A stretch of 64,000 bases of DNA, from NCBI GenBank assembly GCA_050250935.1, contig JBFWNS010000001.1, positions 130,102-194,101 of the forward strand, read 5' to 3'. A model generated the notes under the pieces. That model worked only from the letters and a program-made list of their open reading frames with translations. It had not been told where the DNA came from and made no database searches. The DNA comes from Candidatus Margulisiibacteriota bacterium. GTDB lineage: Bacteria; Margulisbacteria; Marinamargulisbacteria; JBFWNS01. Positions within the stretch are counted from its first letter, which is position 1. Every line of letters starts with the position of its first letter. Below are positions 39,064 to 49,240 of this stretch, one piece after another. Position numbers and translations under genes: made by a program.

Positions 39064-41091
39064 GGCGTTAAAACTCTCCATCTTTTTTCGCATTGCGTTA
39101 GTCAGTCGAAATCCTGGCATCTGCAGACCTCGTTTAAGACAATCGGACAATGCCGTTTTGACACTGGGGGGATACTTTGCCAAAGGCGCCATCGCAACCT
39201 CAAAATGCATCAAATGAAATTCCCAATATTTCCCCACAATAGCCTTAATAAAAGGAGGGGCATCGGAGACCATAACCGCATTATAAATCTCTTTTAGATG
39301 ACCTTCCAAGTGGGCTAGATAAGCCTTTTGCTCTGGGGAAAGTTGCGTTGTATTTTTTCCAAACGTGGCTTTTAAATACTCCCCTGCATCAAAGATCAAT
39401 TGATGGACACAAAACAACAGACGATTAAAGAGTTCCTCAAGATACTGATAGGCCGTTTGAATCTGCACCTCTCTATCGGATGTGGGTTGTTCAGCACCCC
39501 ATTGTTTAAACTGATCCGAAACCATTGAAAAAGCCCGCTTTAAAGCAACTTTATAGGCCATCGTAAGATCCGGCACGAGGATTTGTTGGGAACCAACCTT
39601 ATACGAACGGTATTCATAGGCCACATTTTGGGTCCCATAAAGTGCAAAACACAGGGTCTTTAAACTAACGTTTGGGGATTGACTTAACCGATCCAAATAT
39701 CGTTCTGGACAAAAATCTCTGAGGGTTGTTGCCAAAGTTGCAAAAACACCTGCATAGACATACTCAAAACGTTGCCCAATTTCTGGAGGCAAGGAAACCA
39801 GTTCAGGTTCCCTTTGGTAGCAAGCTATAACCCGTACCCATCGACCCTGAGGTGTTTCTTGGACTGCCACAACCGCGCGATTGGTATAATCGCTGATACT
39901 ATTTCCCCGTTGATCGGTTTCTTCCACCCCAAATTTGGTTCGACCTGCAGATTGCATATGGTTTCTGGTAAGCGCAGGATTACGGGGGTGGCTTCGTTCC
40001 ACAAATTTTACATTCGACTGACAACTATCCTGGGGTTTTACCACCACAGTTGGACAGGCAAACTCCTGACCGGGGACCAAAAATTTGGAATCAGGGTTGG
40101 GAAAACCAGGAAAGTATCGTTTCGCTTCTACCCCATTGAAACACTGGGCCAAAACCGGGACATTGGGATACAGCATATGGGCAGGATCAAATTCTACAGG
40201 GTTCACGCCATAACGGGTCTGTGCCAACAGTAACCGTTGCATCCCTTTAGGCCACTGATATCCAAAAACCCGAACATCGCCATCTTCTGTGGCTCTAGGA
40301 GATGCAGTATAAACATACTCGAATCTGGGCGTCGTTGACTTGGGTAGCTGTTGCCGAAAATCAGTCTGGGTTGGGAAAAGGGCCCGAAACGATTCAGAAG
40401 TCGTACGCCTTGGGAGAGGCGCAGAAGTTGTCAGGCGGTGTTGGGGGTCCACCGATGGGGCCAGGCTTGCCAAAATACCCTCGTGGGCTCCAAAACGAAG
40501 TAAAGATTCTCCCAGATCTTGAACTTCACAGATCAATGGCCTTCCAGCTTGATCTTTATAATCAACCACCATCACAACCGTATCCCCAACCTGCCATGGC
40601 ACGGGCACAAAATCGGCATCCACCATGGCTTCTGGCCTTCGAGATCTCTCGATAAACGCCTGCAAAACGCTACTTTTCGCCAGATTGTCCGGATGAATCT
40701 CAAACCGAGATCCATCTCGCAGGGCTTGCAAAGGGTCAGCCCCTGCCCGAAGTAAGGCATCTTCGTAGTTAGAGCCTCGACACCCATACAGCACCTCATG
40801 TAAGGGTGTATGCCCTGCTTGATCTGATTGAAGATGAAACAAGGGCGTTCCATAGTATCGCTTTAACAGCAACACCAATTTCTGAAACCGTTCAGGGGCC
40901 AATCGTTCTCGTATGGCCTGAATCAGTAATAACAGTGGATTTAGTCTGGATTGTAGCGTTCTTAATACGAGATTAAGATCGCGGGGATTTTGGCTGTCTC
41001 GAGTCGCCTGTACCAATGCTAATTGGAATACCGTCAAAGCATCGGGTCCGCCTACTGCAGGTTGAATCGAGACATATTTGTAAACACCCAT
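39058..41091 (-). CDS. Hypothetical 677-aa protein with at least one ankyrin-repeat-like motif
   Basis: AGHTPLHEVLYGCRGSNYEDALLRAGADP matches the ankyrin consensus; no signal peptide; local composition looks more AT-rich than the flanking housekeeping genes; 3' end overlaps PhoH2 by 6 nt in convergent orientation. Confidence 0.5.
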   Translation of the reverse strand: MGVYKYVSIQPAVGGPDALTVFQLALVQATRDSQNPRDLNLVLRTLQSRLNPLLLLIQAIRERLAPERFQKLVLLLKRYYGTPLFHLQSDQAGHTPLHEVLYGCRGSNYEDALLRAGADPLQALRDGSRFEIHPDNLAKSSVLQAFIERSRRPEAMVDADFVPVPWQVGDTVVMVVDYKDQAGRPLICEVQDLGESLLRFGAHEGILASLAPSVDPQHRLTTSAPLPRRTTSESFRALFPTQTDFRQQLPKSTTPRFEYVYTASPRATEDGDVRVFGYQWPKGMQRLLLAQTRYGVNPVEFDPAHMLYPNVPVLAQCFNGVEAKRYFPGFPNPDSKFLVPGQEFACPTVVVKPQDSCQSNVKFVERSHPRNPALTRNHMQSAGRTKFGVEETDQRGNSISDYTNRAVVAVQETPQGRWVRVIACYQREPELVSLPPEIGQRFEYVYAGVFATLATTLRDFCPERYLDRLSQSPNVSLKTLCFALYGTQNVAYEYRSYKVGSQQILVPDLTMAYKVALKRAFSMVSDQFKQWGAEQPTSDREVQIQTAYQYLEELFNRLLFCVHQLIFDAGEYLKATFGKNTTQLSPEQKAYLAHLEGHLKEIYNAVMVSDAPPFIKAIVGKYWEFHLMHFEVAMAPLAKYPPSVKTALSDCLKRGLQMPGFRLTNAMRKKMESFNAL

Positions 41092-41188
41092 ACTCTGTGG
41101 ACACCCTTAGTCATTAAACTAAAGGATTATCGGATCCACTTGACCCCAAATGCATCTATTTTTCTCGATTTATTTGAATTTTATTGGG

Positions 41189-41614
41189 TTATCGTTGTTT
41201 CAAATACATCAACGCCAAAAGATAGCTATGCACCCCAAATCCTGCGATTTGACCTTGGCAAACGCCAGCCGTCACCGATTTGTGGCGGAATTCTTCTCGA
41301 GCGTGGATGTTGGACAAATGTACCTCGACTTTGGGCAAATCGATGGCTGCCAAGGCATCCCGAAGGGCATAGCTGTAGTGGGTAAACGCCCCACCATTCA
41401 GAACCAGGGCATCAAACTGGTTGGGCGCCGCTTGAATACGGTCTATCAGTTCACCTTCGTGATTGGATTGAAAAATGTCCAGGGTTAAGCCATTGTCTTG
41501 GCCAAACTTCATCAATGTTGCGTTGATGTCCTCTAGGGTGGTGCTGCCGTAAACGGCTGGTTCGCGCTTTCCAACCAAGTTCAAATTGGGGCCATGAATA
41601 ATTAAGATTCGCAT
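41189..41614 (-). CDS. aroQ: 3-dehydroquinate dehydratase, type II
   Basis: 141 aa; MRILIIHGPNLNLVGKREPAVYG...VEVHLSNIHAREEFR. Confidence 0.85.
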   Translation of the reverse strand: MRILIIHGPNLNLVGKREPAVYGSTTLEDINATLMKFGQDNGLTLDIFQSNHEGELIDRIQAAPNQFDALVLNGGAFTHYSYALRDALAAIDLPKVEVHLSNIHAREEFRHKSVTAGVCQGQIAGFGVHSYLLALMYLKQR

Positions 41615-42726
41615 ACAAGCTCCTTTATAACAGCTTCAATCAGGCTAAGCGGCACATCGGACCGGGTTTCGACCTTGCCCAGCTGGGTGGGCAACACAAA
41701 TCGCAACTTACCCTGACGCACTTTTTTGTCTTGAAACAGCGGCGTCATCAGGGCCTGTACGGCGATGGGTTTTAGGGTTAATTCAAAGCCCAATTCGGCC
41801 AACAAATTTTCCAACCTCACACAGGCGTCTTCTTCGATCAGATGCATGCGGTGGGCAATGCGCATGGCCGCTTTCATGCCAATGGCTATGGCCTCGCCGT
41901 GCAGATAGACTGAATACCCAAAAGCCGCTTCAATGGCATGGCCGATGGTGTGTCCAAAATTCAATATCTCGCGCAATCCTGCTTCTTTTTCATCCAAAGA
42001 CACCACATGGGCTTTAATTTGTGCCGATTGTTCGACAATGTGCTGCCAAACCTCGGGGTTTTGGTCAAAATTTGGGGTTCGAATCACCTCGGAATGGGCC
42101 TGAAGCCAGGCAAAAAAGTCGGCGTCAAAAATCACGCCATATTTCACCACTTCGGCCAATCCACACCGCCATTCTCGGCTGGGCAGGGTTTTTAAAACCT
42201 CTAAATCACAGACCGTCATGGTGGGTTGATAAAACGTGCCTACCAAATTTTTGCCGTGGGGAATGTTAATGCCTGTTTTGCCGCCGATGGCCGAATCCAC
42301 CTGGGCAAGCAGGGTTGTGGGAACTTGGAACAACCGAATGCCCCGCAAATAGACCGAGGCTGCAAATCCAGCCAAATCGCCAATCACGCCGCCGCCCAAG
42401 GCCACAACCGCATCGCCACGCTCGAACCGATGTTCGGCAAGCAAGCCCACAATGTGCTGAAGTTGCTCAAAACATTTGGCGGTTTCCCCACTGGGTATCA
42501 GGATGGGTAAACAGTCGAAACCAGCCTCCTGAAGGGATTGGATCAGTGGCGTTGCATGGACCTGAATATTGGGATTGGTCACCACAGCTATTTTTTTGGC
42601 CTTTGTTTGATCCCGAATCCAGTCTGGGATTTTCCCCAAAAGCCCTCGTCCGACATGAATGGGATAGGTGGTTGTTGCAGTGGTCACGGTAATCGGCATG
42701 GGGTCATTATACCTGAAATTTTTCAA
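41602..42726 (-). CDS. aroB: 3-dehydroquinate synthase
   Basis: GGGVIGDLAGFAASVYLRGIRLFQVPTTLLAQVDSAIGGKTGIN nucleotide-binding region; overlaps aroQ by 13 nt. Confidence 0.85.
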   Translation of the reverse strand: MKNFRYNDPMPITVTTATTTYPIHVGRGLLGKIPDWIRDQTKAKKIAVVTNPNIQVHATPLIQSLQEAGFDCLPILIPSGETAKCFEQLQHIVGLLAEHRFERGDAVVALGGGVIGDLAGFAASVYLRGIRLFQVPTTLLAQVDSAIGGKTGINIPHGKNLVGTFYQPTMTVCDLEVLKTLPSREWRCGLAEVVKYGVIFDADFFAWLQAHSEVIRTPNFDQNPEVWQHIVEQSAQIKAHVVSLDEKEAGLREILNFGHTIGHAIEAAFGYSVYLHGEAIAIGMKAAMRIAHRMHLIEEDACVRLENLLAELGFELTLKPIAVQALMTPLFQDKKVRQGKLRFVLPTQLGKVETRSDVPLSLIEAVIKELVCES

Positions 42727-42805
42727 TGTTTAAGTCTTCGTAAAAGTGGGAATATTCCCGCGCGGAGTAGCACCACTCCACAATTTTCGGTAAGGAGGAT
42801 GTTTT

Positions 42806-43282
42806 ATGCGTTACCTATCGTTATGTGTGGGTGTTTTGCTCTTAATTTCGTCCGGATTAACCGCAGCGCCACGATGGGGAGTCGAAGTTGTTCCCCACAC
42901 AACCAGCATTGGGTTGTTGTGCTATGACACGGGTTTTGGCGGTGGGATTTCGATTGGCAGTTCTGCGGACAATGCAGCGGCTAAAACGGCCCTAACTCGC
43001 ATCGGGTTTTTTGTCGAAAAGCGGGATTTGGTCTCGGACGATATGATGATGCTAACCTATGGGATTGATGCTTATACCCTATCCGGAACGGATGCCGGTG
43101 TGACCTTGGATAAAGGCTATGGTTATGGACCTTTTATTGGTTTCGAAAAACCCTTGGCCAACCGTATTTTACTGTCGGTTTGGACCCTGCCAATATCGTT
43201 TCATACTGTAGCAAAAGCAGGGGTTTCGGTGGATACCGTGAAGTATTTTGACAGCGGCTTGGGCGTTAGCTATTGGTTCTAG
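42806..43282 (+). CDS. Small secreted protein, probable small outer-membrane beta-barrel
   Basis: 158 aa; signal peptide; Gly/aromatic-rich alternating segments; C-terminal ...GVSYWF. Confidence 0.5.
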   Translation: MRYLSLCVGVLLLISSGLTAAPRWGVEVVPHTTSIGLLCYDTGFGGGISIGSSADNAAAKTALTRIGFFVEKRDLVSDDMMMLTYGIDAYTLSGTDAGVTLDKGYGYGPFIGFEKPLANRILLSVWTLPISFHTVAKAGVSVDTVKYFDSGLGVSYWF

Positions 43283-43433
43283 TCATAACACTGCGCTGAA
43301 TAACTGAGTCTGAAGGCCTTGGGAATTTAAGGTCGACTTTCCCAAGGCCCCTACAAAACACGGCCTGAATACAGTAAACTACCCCTACCGGCGCTACACC
43401 ACAAAATCCCTTGGCCACGGTAGGAGTTGCATC

Positions 43434-44693
43434 ATGTTGTTGTCTTCGATTGCCCATGTTCAGAAAATTGATCCTGAAGTTACCGAATCCCTGCTTAAAG
43501 AACTCCGCCGCCAACGCAATAATATTGAATTGATCGCTTCTGAAAACTTCACCTCTTTGGCTGTTATGGAAGCCCAAGGCACCTGGCTGACCAATAAATA
43601 CGCCGAAGGGTTGCCTGATAAACGCTATTACGGCGGCTGCGACTATGTCGACGAAGTGGAAAAATTGGCCATCGCAAGGGCCAAACAGGTGTTTGGTGCC
43701 GACCATGCCAACGTTCAGCCCCATTCTGGCGCGCAGGCCAACACAGCCGTCATGTTTGCCACCCTCAAACCTGGGGACACGATTATGGGCATGAACTTGG
43801 CCCACGGTGGACATTTAACCCATGGGTCGCCCGTCAGCTTGTCTGGGTCTTATTTTAATGTGATTCCCTACGGTGTGGATCCCACCACCTTCCGCATCGA
43901 CTACAACGAACTCGAAACCATCGCCAAACGCGAAAAACCCAAAATGATTATTGCGGGTGCATCAGCCTATCCCCGCATCATCGATTTTGAACGCATCGGC
44001 AAAATTGCCAAAGAAATCGGCGCGATTTTCTTTGTGGATATGGCCCACATTGCCGGTTTGGTCGCAGCCGGTTTGCATCCCAGCCCTGTTCCCCATGCCG
44101 ACATTGTCACCACCACCACCCACAAAACCCTTCGCGGACCCCGAGGCGGCATGATTTTGTGCACCGAAGCCTATCAAAAACAAATCGACAAAGCGGTTTT
44201 CCCCGGCATTCAAGGCGGGCCACTCATGCACGTGATTGCCGCCAAAGCTGTGGCCTTCAAAGAAGCCTTGTCCCCTGAATTTAAAACCTACCAGTCTCAG
44301 GTTATCAAGAATTCCCAACAACTGGCCCAAACCCTAATCAGTCGCGGATTTACCCTGCTTTCAGGCGGCACCGACAACCACCTCATGCTGGTGGATCTTC
44401 GCCCTCAACAATTAACAGGCAAAGTAGTGGAACACAAACTCGACGAGATTGGCATTACCGTCAACAAAAACGCCATTCCGTTTGACACGGAAAGCCCCTT
44501 CATCACCTCTGGGATTCGCATCGGAACGCCTGCTGCCACTGCACGAGGTATGAAAGAAGATGCCATGACCGCTATCGGAAACCTGATTGCCGATCTGGTG
44601 GCCAATATCGACAACGAGGCCAAAATTGCCGAACTTCGGACCCAGGTCTCGGCACTCACCGACCGTTACCCGCTCTATCCCGAACTCCAATAA
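43434..44693 (+). CDS. glyA: Serine hydroxymethyltransferase
   Basis: 419 aa; PLP-lysine region [14 protein letters not shown] and N-terminal LIASENFTS. Confidence 0.9.
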   Translation: MLLSSIAHVQKIDPEVTESLLKELRRQRNNIELIASENFTSLAVMEAQGTWLTNKYAEGLPDKRYYGGCDYVDEVEKLAIARAKQVFGADHANVQPHSGAQANTAVMFATLKPGDTIMGMNLAHGGHLTHGSPVSLSGSYFNVIPYGVDPTTFRIDYNELETIAKREKPKMIIAGASAYPRIIDFERIGKIAKEIGAIFFVDMAHIAGLVAAGLHPSPVPHADIVTTTTHKTLRGPRGGMILCTEAYQKQIDKAVFPGIQGGPLMHVIAAKAVAFKEALSPEFKTYQSQVIKNSQQLAQTLISRGFTLLSGGTDNHLMLVDLRPQQLTGKVVEHKLDEIGITVNKNAIPFDTESPFITSGIRIGTPAATARGMKEDAMTAIGNLIADLVANIDNEAKIAELRTQVSALTDRYPLYPELQ

Positions 44694-45541
44694 TGCTTAA
44701 AATTGGCTATTTGGGGCCAGCCGGAACGTTTACCGAAAAGGCCATGCAGGTGTACACCCGCACCCTGTCTGTCCCCTTTGAAACCCAGGCTGGCGAATCC
44801 TTTTTTGAACTGTTTGAGGGCCTCAAAAACAACACCCTCACCCATGCCGTGATTGCCATTGAAAACTCCATCGAAGGGGCCGTTGCCCCGAACTTGGACA
44901 TGTTGGTTCAAAACGAAACCTTAAAAATTTGTGCGGATTTAAAGCTGCCCATTTCGCAGGCGTTGATTACCGCAGAGCCCTTGGCCCTGGATCGGATCAC
45001 CGATATCTATTCCCATCCCCAAGGTTTTGCCCAATGCCAAACTTTTTTGCTTTCCCAATTGCCCAAGGTCCGGGTCCATCCCCTGGCTTCAACCGCCGAA
45101 GGGGTGGCCCATCTTAAACCCGGTAGCACCCATGCGGTGATAGGCGCTGCTATTCTAGCCGAGTTGTATCACTTGCATTGCCACACCCCCAACATCCAAG
45201 ATTCCAAAACCAACACCACCCGTTTTGTGGTGATTGCCCACGATTTCCCGCCCCCTTCCGGGCAAGACAAAACCTCGATTGTGTTTTCCACTTTAAAAGA
45301 CAAACCCGGCGGCCTTTATGAGGTGCTTGGGGCTTTTGCCAAACGCACCATTAACTTGACCCGCATTGAATCTCGCCCCACCAAACAAGGGTTGGGCGAT
45401 TATGTATTTTTTATCGATTTGGAAGGCCATGCTGCCGATGCCAATGTGGCCGAAGCCTTGGATGAATTGCAACACAAAACCTCGTTTTACCGACTTTTGG
45501 GATCTTACCCCACACTACCCTTGCCAAAGGAGCCGTCATGA
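44693..45541 (+). CDS. pheA: Prephenate dehydratase
   Basis: [14 protein letters not shown] start, PDT domain and C-terminal ACT-like domain (TRFVVIA...ESRP). Confidence 0.8.
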   Translation: MLKIGYLGPAGTFTEKAMQVYTRTLSVPFETQAGESFFELFEGLKNNTLTHAVIAIENSIEGAVAPNLDMLVQNETLKICADLKLPISQALITAEPLALDRITDIYSHPQGFAQCQTFLLSQLPKVRVHPLASTAEGVAHLKPGSTHAVIGAAILAELYHLHCHTPNIQDSKTNTTRFVVIAHDFPPPSGQDKTSIVFSTLKDKPGGLYEVLGAFAKRTINLTRIESRPTKQGLGDYVFFIDLEGHAADANVAEALDELQHKTSFYRLLGSYPTLPLPKEPS

Positions 45542-46791
45542 TCGATCCGAAGCGCATCCGCGATGAATTGGACACTGTTCGCCAAGCCCTGCAAAACCGA
45601 CACTTTCCCGCCGAAGCCCTGGACCAAGTGGCTCAACTGGATGCCCAGTGGCTGGAAGCCAGACACAAACTCGAACAGCTCCAAACCGAACGGAACCAAC
45701 AAACCCCCAAGGGCAAACCCACGGACGAACAACGCCAAGCCCTGGGGCAACTCTCTGCAGCGGTTAAAGCCCAACAAGAAACGGTGGACGCCTTGGCCAC
45801 CGACCTTCAAAAAGCCTGTCTAATGCTCCCCAGCATTCCCGATGCCACGGTGCCCATTGGTGCCTCTGAAGATGACAATGTCGAAGTCAAAACCTGGGGA
45901 ACCCCACCCACCTTAGATTTTGAACCCAAAAGCCACGATGTTTTGGCCGAAAAATTGGGGATTTTGGATTTCGAAAGCTCGGCCAAAACCTCGGGAGCTC
46001 GGTTTGTGTGTTATCGGGGATTGGGCGCGAAATTGGAACGTGCCCTGATCAACTTTATGCTGGATGTTCAAACCCAAGACAACGGCTACGAAGAAATGAT
46101 TCCCCCTGTTTTAATCAATTCTCAAAGCATGGTGGGAACCGGTCAGTTGCCCAAATTCGCCGAAGAAAGTTTCAAGATCGAAAACACCGATTTTTGGTTG
46201 GCCCCCACCGCCGAGGTTCCCCTGACGAACCTATACCGGGACCATATTTTTGACGAGGCCGAGCTTCCAAAAGCCATCACCGCCTATACCCCTTGTTTTC
46301 GCAAAGAAGCAGGCTCTTATGGCAAAGACATGAAAGGTATTATCCGTCTTCATCAATTTAACAAGGTCGAGTTGGTCCGGTTTTGCAGCCCGGAACACTC
46401 TGCAGCCGAACACGAAAAGCTGTTGGGCCATGCCGAAACCATTTTGCAAAAACTGGGGCTTGCCTACCGGGTCATTACCCTGTGCACCGGCGACTTGGGC
46501 TTCTCTGCCGGCAAAACCTATGACATCGAAGTTTGGCTTCCCTCTCAAAATAAATACCGAGAAATTTCGTCCTGTTCGAACTTTTTTGATTTTCAAGCCC
46601 GCCGTGCCATGATACGATACAGAGAGTCTGGGACGGGGAAAGTACGCTATTTACATACCCTGAACGGATCTGGATTGGCTGTTGGCCGCACCTTTGCTGC
46701 CCTGTTGGAAAATGGTCAGCAAGCGGATGGCAGTATTCTGATTCCAGAAGTTCTGGTTCCATATCTGGGGGTGAAACAACTTCATGGCTGA
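45538..46791 (+). CDS. serS: Seryl-tRNA synthetase
   Basis: N-terminal coiled-coil arm, class II core motifs ([18 protein letters not shown]...[18 protein letters not shown]). Confidence 0.9.
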   Translation: MIDPKRIRDELDTVRQALQNRHFPAEALDQVAQLDAQWLEARHKLEQLQTERNQQTPKGKPTDEQRQALGQLSAAVKAQQETVDALATDLQKACLMLPSIPDATVPIGASEDDNVEVKTWGTPPTLDFEPKSHDVLAEKLGILDFESSAKTSGARFVCYRGLGAKLERALINFMLDVQTQDNGYEEMIPPVLINSQSMVGTGQLPKFAEESFKIENTDFWLAPTAEVPLTNLYRDHIFDEAELPKAITAYTPCFRKEAGSYGKDMKGIIRLHQFNKVELVRFCSPEHSAAEHEKLLGHAETILQKLGLAYRVITLCTGDLGFSAGKTYDIEVWLPSQNKYREISSCSNFFDFQARRAMIRYRESGTGKVRYLHTLNGSGLAVGRTFAALLENGQQADGSILIPEVLVPYLGVKQLHG

Positions 46792-47065
46792 AAAAAACAC
46801 CAAATTCATTAAATTTTTCAAAGCCCTTGCCAACGAAGAACGGCTTGAAATCCTAAAACTCCTCAAAAAAAATACCGAAATGTTTGCTCAAGATGTTGAA
46901 AAACACTTCTTTTTAGAGCAATCCACGACGTCGCATCACCTGAACATGCTCAAACGGGCCGGGATTACCAAGTCTCGAAAAGAAGGTCGCAAAATTTTTT
47001 ATTCCATCGATTACGATCAATTGAATGCTGCCTTGCAAGAATTTTCTGGGCTCATCAACGGGTAA
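46784..47065 (+). CDS. ArsR/SmtB-family HTH transcriptional regulator
   Basis: 93 aa; [16 protein letters not shown]...[14 protein letters not shown] helix-turn-helix pattern. Confidence 0.7.
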   Translation: MAEKNTKFIKFFKALANEERLEILKLLKKNTEMFAQDVEKHFFLEQSTTSHHLNMLKRAGITKSRKEGRKIFYSIDYDQLNAALQEFSGLING

Positions 47066-47142
47066 AATCCGGGTAATATTCAGAATTATCCATACATGTA
47101 TCCCTTAAAACCTGTCGATAAACCAGCCAAAGGGCAACGATT

Positions 47143-47457
47143 ATGACAGCACATTCCCAAAATCTTCCAACCCAAACGACACCTGATTCTCGCAGAGGCG
47201 GGGTTTTTATGGTGTCTTCAAAGGAAAAACAGTCGAAATTTGAAGCTGTTTTGAAAAGCATTTTACCCCATTTGGGCACCCACGAAGGTCGTATTATTTT
47301 GGCTGAAGTCATGATTGCTTTAAAACTCGAAGGGATCATTGGTAAACAATTGTCCGAACACGACGCCAAAATGGTTGGGGTGATTAACCAATCCATTGTG
47401 GGCACGCCCTATCGAAAACTCGAGGCCTTGCGTCTGGCCCAAAGACTGTTGGAATAA
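47143..47457 (+). CDS. Hypothetical small protein
   Basis: 104-aa ORF, first of three tightly packed small ORFs; no motif recognised. Confidence 0.4.
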   Translation: MTAHSQNLPTQTTPDSRRGGVFMVSSKEKQSKFEAVLKSILPHLGTHEGRIILAEVMIALKLEGIIGKQLSEHDAKMVGVINQSIVGTPYRKLEALRLAQRLLE

Positions 47458-47476
47458 AGGGCTTAGGGGATTTTCT

Positions 47477-47656
47477 ATGGTGGATAGCTTTTTTAGCCAA
47501 CGCCCCTCGGAACTGCTGTTTAACAAGGCCAAGGATGTTTTAATGGACATGAATGTGAGTCCTGAAATCATCAAAGATTTGGCCAGCAGCTTGGATTCGC
47601 CTACTAAACATCCAGACCCGCCCATCGACACGGGTAAGGGTGGGACTGTGGTGTAA
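47477..47656 (+). CDS. Hypothetical small protein (59 aa)
   Basis: Start chosen at MVDSFF (ATG 47477, AGGGGA 8 nt upstream) rather than the upstream ATG of the listed ORF. Confidence 0.3.
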   Translation: MVDSFFSQRPSELLFNKAKDVLMDMNVSPEIIKDLASSLDSPTKHPDPPIDTGKGGTVV

Positions 47657-47967
47657 TGAACATCAATCCTTCTTCCCGATTTGAGCCCGATCCTGGCTTA
47701 AAGGCCCAACAGGCTGCTGCACAACCCGACCCAAATAACCCTTTTTTAGCCCATTTAAAACAGGCTTCAACCAACCCCAACTTGACCCCATTGATTCCCA
47801 ACGAGCAAGCTCAAAAACAGTCTTTGGAGCGGGAAAAACAAAAAATTGGGGAAGAGTTTTATGTGGAAGAATCTGAAGATGGGGAAAGCATTGCCAAAAC
47901 CGTCAGCGAGATCAAAAAAAAGCTCAAAGCCATTTCCGATCTAGAACGACGGCATTTGGGGTTATAA
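47656..47967 (+). CDS. Hypothetical small protein, Pro/Gln-rich N-terminus and acidic C-terminus
   Basis: Start ATG overlaps the previous stop (taATGa); no motif recognised. Confidence 0.4.
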   Translation: MNINPSSRFEPDPGLKAQQAAAQPDPNNPFLAHLKQASTNPNLTPLIPNEQAQKQSLEREKQKIGEEFYVEESEDGESIAKTVSEIKKKLKAISDLERRHLGL

Positions 47968-47968
47968 G

Positions 47969-48223
47969 TTACCGATAGACATCTTTTCGATGTCTTACAC
48001 GCAATACAGTAATTGTGGCTTCCTCAACGGTATAAACCAACCTGTAATCGCCTTCTCGAAGGCGGTAGGTATGCAGAGAACCGCTGAGTTTTTTACTGTC
48101 CGTTGGGAAAGGGTTATCGATTAATTCTAAAAGACGCTTATCAAATCGCCTCAGCATCAAAGCAGGCAACTCTTCAAGCTCTTTTTGGGCCTTTTTGCTA
48201 ATAAAAAGACTAAATTTTTCCAT
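47969..48223 (-). CDS. Type II toxin, RelE/ParE family
   Basis: C-terminal YRLREGDYRLVY...VLRVRHRKDVYR is a classic RelE/ParE signature; start set at MEKFSL (ATG 48223, AAGG upstream), overlapping the antitoxin stop. Confidence 0.75.
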   Translation of the reverse strand: MEKFSLFISKKAQKELEELPALMLRRFDKRLLELIDNPFPTDSKKLSGSLHTYRLREGDYRLVYTVEEATITVLRVRHRKDVYR

Positions 48224-48419
48224 GCGCCTTAAGCTGTTCTCGAAATTTGTCGTAAGAGATTTTCTCATCCTCTCTACGCTCTGCAACAACAGCCAAGTCT
48301 TCTAAATCCTCCATGAGGGTTTCATAGCTTTCAATGGGCAACACCACAAAGGCCCGATTACCATCGGCATCCAATACAAACTGGGGGGCTGTTTTAGACG
48401 ACTCTTTTTTCTTTTTCAT
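48210..48419 (-). CDS. Type II antitoxin, Phd/YefM-like
   Basis: 69 aa; FVVLPIESYETLMEDLEDLAVVAERRED pattern; immediately upstream of and overlapping the toxin. Confidence 0.65.
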   Translation of the reverse strand: MKKKKESSKTAPQFVLDADGNRAFVVLPIESYETLMEDLEDLAVVAERREDEKISYDKFREQLKAHGKI

Positions 48420-48424
48420 GAGCC

Positions 48425-49240
48425 TTATTTTACATGGATTGAATTCAAAAACAACACCCCTTTGGCGTTGAGTGCGTGCCCGGATCCGATGCCCACAACA
48501 TGGCCGCGGATGCGTCGGCCCAAAATCGCAAAATCGCCGATCATGTCCAAGACTTTGTGGCGGGCCAGTTCGTCTGGAAACCGCAACGGGTTTAGGTAGC
48601 CGTCGTCTTTGATGATGACTGCGTTGTCCAAGCTGCCGCCTTGGGCCAGGCCTTTTTCCAGCAAATGGGCCACTTCGTGGTAAAAGCCATAGGTGCGGGC
48701 TGGGGCAATGTCTTGGATAAACGATTCTGGGCTGTCCAACACCGAGGCCACTTGGGTGCCAATAAAGGTGTCGGGATAGGACAAGACATAGGTGAAACGG
48801 GGTTCTGAACTGGGAATAAACAGGATTTTCTTATCCCCATCTTCGATAAAACCAGGGGTTGTAATCACCTGTTCTGGCCAAGGGGTTTCTTGATTTTTAA
48901 GTCCGGCCTTTACAAAGGCCTCCACAAACGCGTTTGCACTGCCATCCACAACGGGTACTTCGGGATGGTCCAATTCGACCCGAAGATTGGCTATACACAA
49001 CCCATAACAGGCCGCCAAAAAATGTTCTGGGGTTTGGACCCTGGCCCCTGCTTTTTCGAGCAAGGTTGCCCGGGCCGTATGAGCCAAAGCATCGGGACGC
49101 ACCGGAACCGCTTGCCCGGCAACCTCGAACACAAGTCCTGTCCCCACTGGGGCTGGATGGACCCTACACGTGTTGGCTTTTCCGCTGTGAATGCCGATCC
49201 CATGGATGGCGAAGGACTCGGCTACGGTGTGCTGTTTCAC
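48425..49240 (-). CDS. lpxC: UDP-3-O-acyl-N-acetylglucosamine deacetylase
   Basis: ARTYGF, HKVLDMIGDF and SGHALN motifs at LpxC-typical positions. Confidence 0.85.
   Translation of the reverse strand: MKQHTVAESFAIHGIGIHSGKANTCRVHPAPVGTGLVFEVAGQAVPVRPDALAHTARATLLEKAGARVQTPEHFLAACYGLCIANLRVELDHPEVPVVDGSANAFVEAFVKAGLKNQETPWPEQVITTPGFIEDGDKKILFIPSSEPRFTYVLSYPDTFIGTQVASVLDSPESFIQDIAPARTYGFYHEVAHLLEKGLAQGGSLDNAVIIKDDGYLNPLRFPDELARHKVLDMIGDFAILGRRIRGHVVGIGSGHALNAKGVLFLNSIHVK

Noticed and set aside
43317-43347. Hairpin downstream of the small OMP gene as an intrinsic terminator
   Set aside because: 9-bp stem present but no following T-run, so not called as a terminator.
43266-43814. 182-aa minus-strand ORF
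   Set aside because: Antisense to glyA.
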